Made by a program: the position numbers and the translations under genes. A stretch of 63,402 bases of DNA, the filler included, from Octopus bimaculoides (lineage: Eukaryota): assembly GCF_001194135.2 (NCBI RefSeq). It is 8 parts of 7 records of this genome, joined end to end, with 100 filler letters (N's around TTAATTAATTAA, not from the genome) between each part and the next. Parts side by side here need not be neighbours in the genome. Positions count along the whole stretch, not along the records: positions 17,898 to 43,427 come from NC_068983.1; 7 more parts are not named here. One strand, given 5' to 3'. Position 1 is the first letter of the stretch. Each line of letters opens with the position of its first letter. The notes under the pieces were generated by a model. The model saw only the letters and a list, made by a program, of their open reading frames with translations. It was not told the DNA's origin and did no database searches. Below, piece after piece: positions 25,341 through 38,682 of this stretch.

Positions 25341-27454
25341 AAACTGTTCTTTAATCAAGGAGTATTACCAACCAATGAAAAGTATATGTGAGACTGCAAA
25401 GAGAATCATCCAGCACCAAAATTTATACACGTTTTACAATAGCATGAAGGATACTTGTCTTGTGCAAACTTTCTACAGCTACTATGTCATATCTCTTATG
25501 AGTGGCATGTGAACTAAATGTAAGAGAAAAATACTCTAAGTGTTTTGATGAAGTTCTTCCATCTCACCATATTGAATTTCAAACGTGAGGTGTTTTGAGA
25601 ATTAATAAAGAATATATCAAACATATACTGGTTGGAATTAAACCACTCTAGAGCCTGATATAAATCCAGTCACATACATCAAACGGGAAATGAAACACTT
25701 CATATGCTTTCATTTGATGAATTTAAAAGTTGGGATTGGTATCTAAATCACACAGGAATGCAAGTATTTTTGATGTGTTAAATTAAACAAGTTCTTCCAT
25801 CTTCAAGATAAGCCACAAATATATGCATTATTTGCTTCCCGCTAGAGGACGGAGCGTCTTTATGTAAGCTGCACTTATAAACCGGCGCAAGATTGTAATT
25901 CATACCTATTATTTGAGATATTATCAAGAAAGTTAAATTACAAAATATATTGAAGTTTCCAATTATATTTTCTCACCTCTAAAGTAGTAATTATCCTCAG
26001 ACGTAATTGCTAATTAGCGCCTGATTGAAAACAATAATATATTTACTGTTTACAAATTGGAAAAAACCGTCACATCCCATGGATATATTTATGCTCTAGT
26101 GTTGGAAAGTCTTTCTTCGATAACACTCGTCACAATGAAATTCGAAATGTAGTGTTTGAATATGTACATTGCCAATACATATATGCAGTTAATTTTAAAA
26201 CCGCAAAGTATACAAGCAACTGTCAACCACAAGCAATCACTGTCCGGGCATTTCTGTCATGCTTCTGGTCATTGTTTAAGCGTTTGAGTTTTTGCGAATA
26301 GATATACACACTCTCTAGAATCTTTCATTCTTGTTTGGCTGAAAGGGTTAGAAAGAGAGAAAGCTGCACAAGCACTCAGCGGAATAGAGTGTGGGCATAT
26401 ATTTTTACTCTTATATGTACAGGCTCTTGTCTACGTGCTTCTATGTAGGCATGACTATGATTGTGCTTAATTCATATCATTGTGGTGAGCAGCATTTTAA
26501 AGAAGAGGTCATAATTTGTGATTAAAATTCTTGACGATTCAAATTGTTTCGTGTGAAGTCTTGGTCATTTAGCTTACTGTTGTTCAATAGTCTATCTGGG
26601 TTTAAATTTTAAGTCAACAGCTACCCGTTACCCTCTTAGAGATCTATTTGATTATTTACACTAAAATATTTTATATGTTTCTAATATACGTTTTGAAGCA
26701 ATTTATTTTAATCTATACCTTATCTACTTTTACTCACTTTCCTTATCTCGTCTGGTTTTTACAATAAAAAACAGATAAGATTTTCAAGTGGCGAGATTGC
26801 TTACAACAATGCTGAGAGTTCCATCTTCAGTTGGATCAGTGTTTAAGTGTCATTGGTTTAGTCAAAGCGGGAGTGAAGGCACGATGATAAAAACTATTAA
26901 TTAATTCTATAAACATAATTATTAGAAACTATTATGATTACCTCAAAACTTATTGGTACCTTCACTCCCTCTTTGACTAAACCTATTGGCATATCCCATT
27001 GTTATTTTTTTCTACTTTTTTATTACTTACCTACCCTATTACTCCCATAGAAAAATTTGAACCACCGATTACTATTTTAAGTTTAGTCATTTACTGAACG
27101 TCCCGGATCGGCACATCAGCAAAATGGTATGATTTAAATATATTCAGCCTTTTCTTTTTCCTCTCTAGTCTCTTCTTTTCTTTTACGCATGTATTTTTCT
27201 TCATTCAGATGAAGCGCCAATTTCCAGAACAGTTTTATTACCAAATATGATGAATATTAACTTTTAGCATATCAATGGTAATACTATATAACATTGGAAG
27301 CAGAAACAGCTGTTAGATGGGATGCAGTCCATTTGTATTGAATAATAATTGTTATATGTCAGTTGTTGTTGATCAATATTTCTCCATTTTCTCTCCCTCT
27401 CCCTCTCTCCCTCTCCCTCTCTTTCTCTCCCTCTCTTTCTCTCTCTCTTTCTCC

Positions 27455-27485
<31 letters not shown>

Positions 27486-29917
27486 CAGGTATATATTATA
27501 CGTATACACATATAACATAGTATATATAATATATGTGTATATATAAAACAAATAATAAATGAGTATATGCATATATACGTACAAGTATGTGCACGCACAC
27601 GCAAGTATATATATATGTATATATGTCTGTGCATCTATGTATAAATTAATATATGAGTTATTCGAATAGTAGAATCATTACGTCTGTTTTATTTTCTGTT
27701 ACTGATATTTTTTTGTTCTCTTAAGCCGTCTCTTTCTGCTTGTGTCTCTCTGTTTATTACTCTTACTGCTGTGTTTCCGTTCAAATGACATGGCAGTGTT
27801 TTTGTGTTTATTTGTCACGGCATGAATGCCCTTTGGTATAACATACAGTCGATTGCTGTAAAGTGTATAATTGATTATTGTCGCTGCTGTTATTTAACCC
27901 ACTGCCATGTCTGGCCGTGAAAATGTATTAGGAAAATGAGAATCTCATTTTAGATCTATGCACGACTAACATTTCCTAAAGAGCTCTTCCCATATCTTAT
28001 TACGGTGCCATGGTGTTTAATGGAAATTAGATCTAGAAACAGTGTCTAGCGATTTTATTTTCATGTCTTTGTAGCATGTGATCATATTTCAAATCAAAGT
28101 ATTGAGGAGTATTTACTTTATAATACAGAATTCCCCGTCATTGGAAAGACAGCTCATCGGTGCTGGAGAAATTATGATGTTATCGTTTTCAACAATTCTG
28201 AATGTAATACTTCTGGGAGAAAATACATGTAACGCAGAAAATAAGAAAATTATATAGGCAAAAAATGTATGCCTAAAGGATGTAAGGTCTAAAGATTCGG
28301 CCAGGATCCATCGTCATAAATAAGAGTCTGTTAACATTTTATTTCACTAAGAAAAAGGGTTTTATGCAGAATATTTGTCTTGTATCCCCGGCGTAAATTT
28401 TATTCCACTACTTGAATTATTTTTAATATGTCAGACGTCGTCACTACTCCGCTGGCAAAAAAATTATTTGTTAATCATGCTTGTACCTTCATAGGTGGCG
28501 TGTATACAATTTTCTGGATGGCACTACGGAATTATCTATGCTTGGTGCGTATAATACACAAAATTGTACACATTTTATGAACCACAATTTTGTTTCAAAA
28601 TGTTTTCTTCCCTCACCTGTAATTTTGAAAATAATATTAAACTCACTTGCACCTTGAAATGAAAATTGCTGTAATCATGAAGGTAACTAATATGACCCGC
28701 ATAGACACACCCGTGAGACTCACACCAGATTCTTAAACTCACTTCCTTAAACCAAATGAGAAATTATGATATATTATTAAACTATCCCCTCCATAAATAT
28801 GAAATTAAAAAAACCCATCTTTAATACTAGGATGACAATCTGTTACTTGCCCTCGTTTTCGGAAATTCTTGATACATATTTTCTTTTTACTACATCAGGG
28901 CCGTTGCAGATAGTGGTTTTCAGCAGATAAATTTCGAAACCACATACATACAGCCCTAATCAATAAATATACCGACAGAACATTTCTTGTCACGATTATT
29001 ATTTCTTTGAATGTTTAGTCCAATATAGTAAGAAATGTTGGTGGTTTTCAATATGCATTCTGAAGTTAATCATAGATGCAAGAAATAATAGAATAAGAGG
29101 TTTGTTAAAATCAACTACATGTTTAGTTGTAATATAAGTAGTAAAATAAGTATGACAATCTGAATTGGTCTTATGGAAAAAGAAACAATTGTTCTTCAGA
29201 TAAGGACAATTATAACCCGGATGAAGTACATAGCAAAAAATCGATAGTGTATGAGCCTGAGGTTACCTCAATCAGGCCGAATTTTTAACGAAACATTACA
29301 TATGTTTAGTTGAGGATAAATTCAGACAAAAGTTTTATAAGCGCACTGCATCATTGAGAAGTTGTCGACAAAACAAACTGCATTGCCACATCTGCAAACT
29401 AAGAGAACTGGAGGATAACTATTCGTTCATATGTATTGTCCTAGAAAGATCGAAGCAATACGCCAAAAGATCGAGAAAATGCAAGCTTACGAAACAAAGA
29501 AAACATTGAGAGATGTTTTGACGAGACACAGTATTTATCAGCTCCTTCCCAGACACACTTTAAAACATACTCCCCTTTCAACGTCTTCGATTGTACATTT
29601 TGCAGAGGGTATCCCATTGGGGACATGCATACATGGACATGTATGTATGTATATTTATATATGCACAAATATGCCTCTGTGCATAAATGTATATATGTAT
29701 AAGTATGCTCACAGATATATGTGTAATTGTATAGATATGCATGTAATAAGTAAGCAACGTTTTGAACCATGAAGAATCTGTACCGGATTTTTGCTGAGTT
29801 TTGAACTTTTGTAAACATTTTGTTTTTGCAATTGTCTGACAATGCAGACATAGACTTCCCCAAATGCATCAATAAATTAACATTGATACTTTTTCACCCT
29901 TGTTACAATCATCTGAA

Positions 29918-30374
29918 ATGGAGCTGTCAAAGCGCGATATTCGAGCAATTTTGCTATTCAACATTTAAAAGGACGTGAAGCAACTGAAACCGCTCCCAAT
30001 ATCAGCGAAACGTTTGGTGAGGAAATGACCAGTGAGTGGTCAACTCCTAAAAGGTCTAAACGAATTTTCAGTAGAGACCTGAGCCTTGAAGATCGTGCGG
30101 AAGATCGTAGTGAACGCCAATCTCTCATCGATGACATTCAATTAAAGACCATCATTGAGAAAGATCCGCGTAAAAACACTCGAGAACTGGCAAAAGAACA
30201 GTCAGAAAACTGCATGCAACCATTTGCATGCAATCGGAAAATCATAATAGCTCGTCAAATGGGTACAACAGGATGTAAATGAAAACCAGAAAGTGCGCTA
30301 ATATGAAATTTCGTCGTCGCTTCTCCGTAATCAGACCCTTACTCGAACGTATTGTGACTTGCCATGAGATGTGG
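29918..30374 (+). pseudogene. Mariner transposase 5' half, degenerate
   Basis: MELSKRDIRAILLFNI*KGREATETAPNISETFGEEMTSEWS...DLSLED...IDDIQLKTIIEKDPRKNTRELAKE, then frameshifted ..LLERIVTCHEMW at the start of the catalytic domain. Confidence 0.85.
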
Positions 30375-30389
30375 TTTCTGTAAAATCAT

Positions 30390-30790
30390 AAAATCGTACT
30401 CCTCCTTCCGTCTCCCGCACCCCCTCCAACCTCACTGTCCGCACCCCTCGCAACACCACAATTTACTTCCTCCGCCAAATCCACACGTACATGCTCTCTT
30501 ATACACAAGCACACGCACCTTCGTTTTGAGATCACCACTACTTTATTATCTCCCCTTCTTCCTAGTTCTCCTGTGTGAACCTTCTGTCCGACATTCGCCA
30601 TGATAGATCTCTAGCCACTACACATTCTTTGTTTTCTCTCCTTGTTTCTTTCTGTGTTCATTTCTGTAGAAGAGCAAATATTCGAAACGTGAAAGACTTT
30701 TTCACTTTCCGAACGTTAAATTAATACATCTGTTTGTTGTCTACACCACCTATCTTCGTATTTCTTTTGTGTGTGAATTCTCACTATACA
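30390..30790 (+). mobile_element. Penelope-type pseudo-LTR relic with a decayed hammerhead
   Basis: TTT-CTGTAGAAGAGC-AAATA-TTC-GAAAC-GT-G-AAAG at 30661-30695, followed by an AT-rich tail. Family assignment is inferred. Confidence 0.4.
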
Positions 30791-31371
30791 CACTCACACA
30801 CACACACACACACACATACGTATATTGTACAGTTGAGTAGAGATTTGCTTTTCATTTTATTTCATAAATATTGTTTTTTCAGGCATGAAATTAGCCGTAT
30901 TATCCATAGATCTTAATCTAACATTTAACGCTATTGCTCCTCATGATTTTACCCCCATCTTTTTACAAATCATTCTCGCACATCGCGTATCAAGGTAATA
31001 TTTCTCAGCCTCATTATTTGCTGATGCAGGCAAATAATTGCATCTGCACGAAACATGTTAGCACATGTCAAGTACAATAAGCACCAGCACACACCCACAT
31101 ACATCCACACACACGCATTTGCGTTTGCGTGATTGTTTGCAAGTATGTGTGTGTGTTTGTGTGCGTGCGTGTGTGTGTATGTATGTGTGTGTGTGTGTGT
31201 ATATGTGTTGAAACGATAATAGCGTTGTCAAAAGCATGGATGTTGCTGTTTTACCAATGAATTCACTTGAGATTCTGAAAATCTGCATCACTTAATTATA
31301 TTGTTCTTGACCTCACAGTGACTGGGTTGTTGGAGACCAGTATCCCATGTTTTTCGAAAATTTAAATAATA

Positions 31372-31401
31372 CCAATAATAATAATAATAATAATAATGAT
31401 A

Positions 31402-31440
<39 letters not shown>
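31372..31440. repeat. (TAA)n, 5' flank of the R4/Dong-like LINE
   Basis: Directly visible. Confidence 0.95.
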
Positions 31441-31444
<4 letters not shown>

Positions 31445-31693
31445 CAAATGAAATCCAAACTAAAACTAGAACAAAACAAATGAAATCCAAACTAGGACAG
31501 CAACGGACCATGATAAAACGATGGCAAGAAAATCCCCTACATGGTAAATACTGGGCTAAACTAAAAGCAAGAGAAATAGACAGAGAAAAATCCCAGCAAT
31601 GGTTGAGAAGCTCAGGACTCAAAGCAGAGACTGAAGGATTTTTAATTGCTGCACAAGACCAAAGCCTCCCCACCAGAAATTACCAAAAACACA
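31441..31693 (+). pseudogene. 5'-truncated R4/Dong-like (REL-endonuclease) LINE, 3' part lost in the gap
   Basis: Stop-free KRWQENPLHGKYWAKL...IDREKSQQWLRSSGLKAETEGFLIAAQDQSLPTRNYQKH, the motif block preceding the CCHC finger in R4/Dong-clade ORFs. (TAA)n on both sides (31372-31440, 32223-32289). Confidence 0.85.
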
Positions 31694-32222
31694 NNNNNNN
31701 NNNNNNNNNNNNNNNNNNNNNNNNNNNNNNNNNNNNNNNNNNNNNNNNNNNNNNNNNNNNNNNNNNNNNNNNNNNNNNNNNNNNNNNNNNNNNNNNNNNN
31801 NNNNNNNNNNNNNNNNNNNNNNNNNNNNNNNNNNNNNNNNNNNNNNNNNNNNNNNNNNNNNNNNNNNNNNNNNNNNNNNNNNNNNNNNNNNNNNNNNNNN
31901 NNNNNNNNNNNNNNNNNNNNNNNNNNNNNNNNNNNNNNNNNNNNNNNNNNNNNNNNNNNNNNNNNNNNNNNNNNNNNNNNNNNNNNNNNNNNNNNNNNNN
32001 NNNNNNNNNNNNNNNNNNNNNNNNNNNNNNNNNNNNNNNNNNNNNNNNNNNNNNNNNNNNNNNNNNNNNNNNNNNNNNNNNNNNNNNNNNNNNNNNNNNN
32101 NNNNNNNNNNNNNNNNNNNNNNNNNNNNNNNNNNNNNNNNNNNNNNNNNNNNNNNNNNNNNNNNNNNNNNNNNNNNNNNNNNNNNNNNNNNNNNNNNNNN
32201 NNNNNNNNNNNNNNNNNNNNNN

Positions 32223-32288
<66 letters not shown>

Positions 32289-33240
32289 CGTAGTTTTGTG
32301 TAAGCTTAAAACTTATGGCGATCAACGTGAAATGACTAACAAAAATAGTATAACCATTCGCACCGAATATATATATATATCAACACACATATAACGACAT
32401 GTAGTGTCATATATGTAGATGCGTTTCTACGTATTTATAGAGCCTGCTAGATACATGTCGGGGAACTGATTAATTATATTTTATATCTATTTACAGCATA
32501 TATACCTTTTAAATTACTCACTTTCATTATTCATATCAGTTTCGTATGTTGCACGATATCACGTCAGTTGTGCTATTGTTATGTCGTTCATGTTCAAAAG
32601 ATTTGGCATACGCACTCACCCATGATCAGCATAAATACATTTAGATATCCAGGCTGCTATATACACATGTCTGTGCGTGAGAACAGTAGGTACGCTGCAT
32701 ATCGATTTTCTTTCCTTTTTATATATAGGCACTTCAACATGTCAGTGCAGCCAAATTACATGTCATGTATTGAATTATAAATGTGTGCATTTACACAATA
32801 TTTGTTCAAAAATTGTGTGCAAATTGAATTCTCGAACAGAAAACAAAAACACAATATGGTTTACTCTTATGCAAGGAAATCACGTAATATATGTTTATGA
32901 ATTTAATATCCGAATGTACTTCTATAGAGTATTGTTGCAATGAAACTGAACAACTGTACCGGAGATAGAAATTATTTAATCCAGTTGCTAAATTTAACCA
33001 ATATGTTAGCCTTGAACTCTTTGGTATTGATAAGTATTTTAGTACTTATACTTACACAGCGATAAAGTATGAATGGGCAGAATCGTTTGAGTATCAGTGT
33101 TAAAAAATGACTTAGAACATTTTCACACACGTCTTTAACTTCTGGTTTCAAATCTATCTCGAATTACAGTTTAATTTCATTCTTCTGGGATGGATACAAT
33201 ACACACGGGACAAGTATTTGAAATCGAGGTAATTGACTCT

Positions 33241-33638
33241 TTACTCTTTTATTCTTTTACTTATTTCAGTCATTTGACTGCGGCCATGCTGGAGCACCAA
33301 GACTTATTGTTAGACACCAAGACTTATTCTTTGTAAGCCTAGTACTTATTCTATCGGTTCTTTTGCCGAACCGCTAAGCTACGGGGACCTAAACACACCA
33401 GCATCGGTTGTCAAACGATGTTGGGGGGACAAACACAGACACACAAACACACACACATATATATACATATATATACGACGGGCTTCTTTTCAGTTTCCGT
33501 CTACCAAATCCACTCACAAGACTTTGGTCGGCTCGAAGCTATAGTAGAAGACACTTGCCCATGGTGCCACGCAATGGGACTGGACCCAGAACTATGTGGT
33601 TGGTAAGCAAGCTACTTACCACACAGCCACTCCTGCGA
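33241..33638 (-). mobile_element. SINE family B, well preserved
   Basis: TTCAGTCATTTGACTGCGGCCATGCTGGAGCACC...TACCACACAGCCACTCCTGCG. Confidence 0.9.
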
Positions 33639-33702
33639 TTCTATACGTTCCAAAAATGTTAGTCCTTGTATCTATATTGGAATAAATGAATTCATATTCA
33701 AG

Positions 33703-34113
33703 TACAAGCGTGGCTGCTTATTAATAAGCTTGCTTTGCAACTACGTGGCTCTGGGTTGAGTCCAACTGTGCGGCATCTTGGACAAGTGTCTTCTCTTATA
33801 GCCTCGGATTGATCAAAGCCTTGTGAGTGGATTTGGTGGACGAAAACTGAAAGAGGCCCGTCGTGTATATTAATGTACATAGATACATATATACATATAT
33901 GTGTACGTGTGTTCTGGTATCTGTGTTTGTCTCCCGCTACCACTTGACAGCCGGTGTTCATGTGGTTATGACTCTAACCTAGCGGTTATGTAAAAGATCG
34001 ATAAAATGAGTAACAGGCTTTTAAAATAAGTGCGAGTGTTGATTCATTTGACTATAACAATCTTCAACATGGGGCCCAGCATGGCCGCAGTCCAATGACT
34101 GAAGGAAATAAGA
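33703..34113 (+). mobile_element. SINE family B, head-to-head with the previous copy
   Basis: GCGTGGCTGC...TTGTGAGTGGATTTGGTGGACGAAAACTGAAAGAGGCCCGTCG...CATGGCCGCAGTCCAATGACTGAA. Confidence 0.85.
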
Positions 34114-34195
34114 TACGATGAAACTACAAAGAAGTTAGAAAAACGAAGATACATTTCACAAATATCCTATCGATATTAAAGATTCTGGAACATAT

Positions 34196-34247
<52 letters not shown>

Positions 34248-34359
34248 TTATTAAAGTTGAAACAAATATCATAAACTGTAATTTAGTGTTCACGTGACCG
34301 TTCACCAGACAGTTGGGATAATTCAGATTAGTCTATATTGTAAATATAAACTCTCTTTG

Positions 34360-34360
<1 letters not shown>

Positions 34361-34445
<85 letters not shown>

Positions 34446-34464
34446 TATTATTATTATTATTATT
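34361..34464. repeat. (TAA)n(TTA)n microsatellite
   Basis: Directly visible. Confidence 0.95.
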
Positions 34465-37094
34465 AGTTTTAATAATCTATTCATAAAGATGAAGTAGCAA
34501 TATTTTTAGAGCTGGGGAAAGAAGACCGCTGGCTACATCTTTTGTTTTTCTTTACTCTGCATAAATAGTTGGAAAATGTCAGTCTTACCATTCCTGCTTT
34601 TGGTGACCCCCAAAACGCACGATTTCAGTGTAGTGTATTGGATAAAATGTCTGAAAAGATGTCTTATCATTCATTTCCAACACTTTACCTTCCTCAGCGA
34701 CAATGAGAGTAGTGTACAACGATCCAGAAGGCTCCCTTTACATTTATTTACATAAAAGATATGGCGAGGTGGTAGATTTCCATGAATGGTCAAATATATG
34801 ACTTTCACAAAATCTTTTCCCACATCTGTGCCTGCAGTTATAATTGAATCAAATCCGAAACAGATCTTCTCTGCATACTTAACTGCTGCCTATCTTACAA
34901 ATGTTCATTCATTTACACTGCACAAAATTATTCTAAAAATCATCTTAATTCCTTTCTGGTAACTTCACATTCCTCTCACATGTGTAGAGTTGCGTTTAAA
35001 TGCAAACTATGATCAACAATGGCGCAGTATGGAAATGAAAATAAATTCATTTCATGGTACTTTTACGAACATTTAATTCACTCAGATCATCTTCTAGTTC
35101 GTGTACTCCGTTTTAAATACCTGAAATAGATAAACCTGCATTCCAAATTGTACTAAATTTCGCCTCGCATATAATTTTACATTAATTCGAATGTTTCATA
35201 TTTTCAGGAAAGAAAACTTCTGCATTAAAGTAGTATCTTTATGTGTGTACACTAAATAGTTGTTGTATATGATATTCAAATGAAGACATCATATAGAAAT
35301 AGCTTACTCTTCAGAAGCTTGAAACATTAGACAGCTAGTGCAAACTATATTCTTTGTGACCCATATAAGTATTTGTGCTGTATATGTTTAAGCTGTATTT
35401 CAACGATATCAACAGTTTTTATTTTTATATATAATTATATGTGGCTCTTCTCCTGCGTGGTCATACTGTGTCGCATCAAAATGAAACCTAACAAAATATC
35501 AAGCTGGAAACAAACACAATTTTACCTGAAAATCGAGTTGGGGAATCTGGAATACCTATCAAATTGCAGCATTTCCCTTGCTGATAAAGATTAAAGACAT
35601 CTTCCAATTTGCGATCAATAAGGATATGGATTGTAAATACACTATATATTATCAGTTTCTCTATGGATGTATGGCCTTATGCAAGTATATGAAGCCATAT
35701 ATATGATGATGTTTTTTGAATAACTTTCCTATAATATCAGATGTATTATAGTTTCATTCCAGGATTTTAACAACATTGCATTTGCGGTTTTTCTGCTACC
35801 CTCTCAATGTAATTATGCCTCAGTAGGTTCGCGCATTATCCCAATGCAACAAAAGGTTTTAAACATATTAAACTCATCCACTTCAGGTACAGGTTATTTG
35901 ATAACATATATTGAGGACATTTTGTACTTATTAATTAATTGCCATTTTAGGGATACCATGTTTCGTAGAAATTACATAATTATTCCCCATTAAAAGATTG
36001 GTTTATACAGCGTCTTTTCTTTTCTGTTTGTCCATTGAATATCTAACAGAGAAGACAGTTTAAGTAAGTTCATGATTTTATAATACTACATAGTGTAACT
36101 TTAGGCTGATCTAATACAACTAACGTGACAGTTTTTCGGTAATAAAGTGTAACTGAATACTTTTAGAAGTATCTGTATTAGAAAGATAGCTGAACGATGA
36201 CCTTGAAACTATTAAGAAATATTTCATTCAGAAAATATACGATGCATTAAGAAGAATAGCAAATGAAATTAATTGTAAAGTGATCGGTCGAATGTCAGGT
36301 AAATAAACATTGTGAGAGCTAAAGTCAATTACTTACTTGAAATTGGAAGTAGATAAATAATCAAAGACTATAGGACAGCGTAAATGGTTTTATTTCAGTA
36401 AAGGATGCCAAAAAGAAGCATAAAAGAAAATGGTCTTCCAAACTGTAATATTGATATTTTTGAACAAATAGAATGTATGATATATATATATATATATATA
36501 TTACGAAACGATTAAACAGACATATACTCACAAATATATCATTTCTATTAAAAAATAGCATTATTTTTATAATGAAAGGGTAGTGAGTGTAGTGGTTTGA
36601 TATGTGAGTGAAAATATTTGTTAGTAATTGAATTTTCTGCATTATTTTAAATTGGATTGCGGCTAGAACTGACTACCGATCAATAACATATAAAGGATGT
36701 CGATATAACTCACTATTCTTTGAACTTTTTTATGGGTGGAATCTTGCTGGAATACGATAGTATTACATGTAAAATTTCATATACTGGCAGAGTCAATATG
36801 TACACAGGGAGCCGACATTATTTATGTTTTTATCATGAATACGTAATTTTGTATGACCGTGATAACCCTGTTTAGAATATTACTCAAAAATGTGGAAGAG
36901 GGTAACTATCACATATACAACCGTAGCTGCATTGAAAGGCAGTCTTCAAGCTGAGACGAAAATATAAACACCCAAAGAAACGACATACACGTAACAGTCA
37001 ATTTTCAATTTACTTTAAACTATTGCACCTCTCGTTTCGTAGATATTTATTATTCCACTGAAAGTATTTCCATGTTTCTAAAGGTCATTTTCAA

Positions 37095-37741
37095 ATAAAA
37101 ATATGGACTGGAAAATTGACAAGATTATTCCAGGTAAACCAACTGATAAACACAAGTTTTATGTGGAATAAACTATACAAAGTTCTAGATATTTTACTAG
37201 TAAGTTTAAGGTCTGATGCATTGGTGGGTACGTCTATGATTTTCAGGAGCAAAAAATTCTTCCGCGTACCGCAGATTAGCCATACACGACTCCTAAATTA
37301 TCTGCTGAGAGTCAATTTGCAATACATTCCAATGAACATTATTATATGTAAATACGTTTGAGAGAATGTTTTCACCATCACAAATTTTACGTGGCATCTT
37401 TCTTTATTTTCCGCCAGTATTATTTTGTATTTCATTTCTTAATTTGTCCGGAATCATTTAATGAGCTAACCTAATTACATTCAACTCTATAAGTAAGTAT
37501 TTGTTCTTATTCTATATCAGGCAGATTTTCTTGTGAGAAGTTGATTGCTTCCTTTTGTCCTGGCGGTACGTGGAAAACTTTTTTGCTCCTGAAAACCATA
37601 GGCGTATCCGCCAATGCGGAATCCATAAACGTGCTAGTAAAAATATCTAGAACTCTCTTTATTTTATTCTCCATACAACCAGTATTTATCGGTTTGTTTA
37701 CCTGGAATAACCTTGTCAATTTTCCAGTCCATATTTTTATT
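37095..37741. repeat. Diverged inverted duplication (~185-bp arms) of unknown coding-like sequence
   Basis: 37095-37281 (+) and 37563-37741 (-) both begin AATAAAAATATGGACTGGAAAATTGACAAG and align through TTTTCAGGAGCAAAAAA.TT..CC.CGTACCGC. Confidence 0.9.
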
Positions 37742-38603
37742 TTCTTATGAAGAATTTTCCAATAATACTTGAAAGGAGATTAGTACAAAGTTCTTTTTCA
37801 GAAACGTCTTCGGGTTCAAATTTTATGTTAATAATATTTACTAGCAAATTATATTTCCCCTACAAACTTAATCGACGTCGCGTCTAAATAGTTTTGCCTG
37901 ATGAAGGAAATTACATATTTTAGCATTAATATATAGCATGGATTCTGAAGGATGTTCAGTTTGTAATCTTTAGTTACATAGATTATATCAGCCAGGGGCC
38001 CTTGCTGGCCTGCGGCATTCTACTTATAGTTTCGAGTTGGTGAAAAGGCATACTTTTGGATACAATGCCAACTAAAATTACCTTTCGTCTTACAAACAAA
38101 ATGACAGAATGCATTAAGGAAATAACTATCCAAGATCTTTTTAGTGTTTCAAAGGAAAGCAAAATTGAGAAAGCAAAACAAGTCGCCAACAACCCAATTG
38201 TGCTAAGAAAGAGATTCGAAGCGTAAGCAACATTTATAAAGCTTCTGACGTTAGCAGAACTTGCGGCAGAAGCAGTTCCAGCCCTCACACGTACCCAGCA
38301 GATGTACAGAATTTATAAATATGTGGTTAATTAACTATTCTATACAATAGATATTTCCTTGTTAAATCAGGGCGTTATATAAAATCAAAGAGACTATTCA
38401 AGGAACAGAGTGTTCTTGTTTATACTGACACACGCAGAGGGCACGCAAGATTTAGTGCTTATAATCTGAAGTGTAAGTGCTTATAATATTGAAATAATCA
38501 CGAATTTTAGTTTGATAAAATCACCTTCACCAATCGATGTCACGATTTCTTCAACTTGAGTTGAAATATATCTTCACAGCCATAATTTCAGTGATTTCAC
38601 TCA

Positions 38604-38612
38604 CCTCCCTAC

Positions 38613-38669
<57 letters not shown>

Positions 38670-38682
38670 ACTAACTATCTAT
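38604..38682. repeat. (TCTA)n microsatellite
   Basis: Directly visible. Confidence 0.95.

Noticed and set aside
27787-27911. GACATGGCAGTG/CACTGCCATGTC inverted 12-mers containing a miR-34-like seed
   Set aside because: The rest does not match miR-34 and the ~100-nt spacer does not form a pre-miRNA stem.
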